A stretch of 63,907 nt of DNA, the filler included, from Octopus bimaculoides (taxonomy: Eukaryota): assembly GCF_001194135.2 (NCBI RefSeq). It is 7 parts of 7 records of this genome, joined end to end, with 100 filler letters (N's around TTAATTAATTAA, not from the genome) between each part and the next. Parts side by side here need not be neighbours in the genome. Positions count along the whole stretch, not along the records: positions 58,558 to 62,769 come from NC_068982.1; positions 62,870 to 63,907 come from NW_026327088.1; 5 more parts are not named here. The stretch is one strand, 5' to 3'. Under the pieces are notes generated by a model that was not told the DNA's origin, did no database searches, and was given only the letters and a program-made list of their open reading frames with translations. The position numbers and the translations under genes were made by a program. Shown one piece after another: positions 62,206-63,907 of the stretch. The stretch's first letter is position 1; each line of letters begins with the position of its first letter.

Positions 62206-62869
62206 CTATAAATAGTCACTTTCCTACGGAAGGTGATTATCAGTTGTCTCCAGCAGAAAAAATGTTGTTTAGCTTATAAAACTATTCGAAGCAAGCAAGA
62301 AGCCTCTTTCTCGTTAATTATCCCGCTAATTCAAACTACGAAATTACCCATATCAAAGGCAAGTATTTCCTTTGCTGGAATTCTTACCACAGAGCTTTAA
62401 TTTTTAGATAAGGGTTGATTTTCAGCATATTTGGAAAATATGTCTTTGCCTTTTTTTTTTCCAAAGAATATATATGGTATAAAAAATAACTTGGTTAATT
62501 TGGAAAAATGTAGATTCTTCAGAATGGAAAGAGAATTCAATTTAAGACTTTTTTTTATTTCTGAAGGGTGATATTTTTCAAATATATTTGATAAGTTTGC
62601 TTCTGATAAACGGAAGAATGGTGAGAAGCAGATATCTCAGAGGAAGAACCAAAGAATGAATGAAACGGACCAGTAAAATTTTTCATTTTAGTAAAAAATT
62701 TGAAGGATATTTGAATTTACATTTGCTACCAAGACATGAAGCTCGTGGTGGAGAAATTCAAAAGAAGTTNNNNNNNNNNNNNNNNNNNNNNNNNNNNNNN
62801 NNNNNNNNNNNNNTTAATTAATTAANNNNNNNNNNNNNNNNNNNNNNNNNNNNNNNNNNNNNNNNNNNN

Positions 62870-63907
62870 TACGAACGAACGAACGAACGATCCAACACAC
62901 GTAACTACGTAGGAATGTATGAACGAACGAACGAACTTACGTACGTACGTATGTATGAACGATCAAACGAACGAACTTATGTACGTACGCATGTATGACC
63001 GATTGAACAAACGATCGAACTAACAAACGAACGAGTGAAAGTACTAACGAACAAACGAACGAAAGAACGAACGTTCGTGCGAACGAAAGAACGAACGAAC
63101 GGTCGTAAGTAAGAATGACTGAATGAACGAAGGAACGAACGAAAGAATGAAAGAACGAACGTACGTACGTACTTAGGTACGAACAAACGAACGGACGAAA
63201 TTACGCAGGTACGTATGTATGAACGATCAAACGGACGAACTTACGTACGTACGTATGTACGTACGTAAGTTGATACATACAAATGAGCGAACGAACCAAC
63301 ATATGTACGTACGTACGGACATACGTACAAACGTATGTACGAATGTACGAACGAACGAACGAACTAACGAATGAACGTACGTACGTACGAATGAAACAAC
63401 GAAAGAACGAACGTACGTACCAACGAACGAACGAACGAACGATCAAACTCACAATCGAAAGAACAGAACGTACGTACGCACGAACGAACGAACGAACGAA
63501 CTAAGGAACGTAAGTACGCAAGTACGTATGAAATAACGATCGAACGAACGAACAAACGAATGAACGAAAGTACGAATGAACGAACGAAAGAACGAACCAA
63601 AAAAACTTACGTATATACGTACGAACGAACGACCGAACGAACGTACGTACGTACGCACAAACTAACACAACGATCGAACGAACGAACACACAAACGAACA
63701 AACTTACGTACGAACGAATGTACTTACATACAAACGAATGAACGTACGATACTAACGAATGAACTAGCGAATGAACATATGTAGGTACGTAAGTATGTAA
63801 GAACGAACGAAAGAACGAACGTAAGTAGGTACGTAAGTACGTACGTGAGTACGTACTTATGGACGAAGGAACGAACGTACGTCAGTAGGTACGTACTTGC
63901 GAACGAA
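62870..63907 (+). repeat. CpG-rich complex satellite built from (ACGA)n and (TACG)n
   Basis: More than 1 kb of acgaacga / tacgtacg units with a recurring ~40-bp higher-order block. Confidence 0.93.

Overview
AT-rich, microsatellite- and transposon-dense eukaryotic genomic DNA with many N gaps. The SINE/LINE repertoire points to an octopus (inference from recalled repeat families). Six identical 100-bp artificial spacers (44 N + TTAATTAATTAA + 44 N) show the window is about seven joined scaffolds, so adjacency across them is not biological evidence. Only one host gene is well supported. It is on the minus strand with three phase-compatible coding exons (5976-5749, 2345-2057, 1353-796) and continues off the left edge. 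It encodes a signal peptide, a divergent lysozyme/transglycosylase-like domain (inference) and a VWA domain with intact MIDAS; intron 1 is GC-AG and a TATA box lies upstream. The rest is decayed mobile DNA: tRNA-derived SINEs (three main families), R4/Dong-like and HERO-like RLE LINEs, RTE LINEs (one with C2H2 fingers), Penelope-like remnants with hammerhead-like motifs, a Ty3/gypsy gag-protease remnant, mariner elements, a hAT MITE, a ~400-bp foldback and satellites. No rRNA, bona fide tRNA, CRISPR or prokaryotic system was seen. Family names come from motif recognition without database searches, and boundaries of decayed repeats are approximate.
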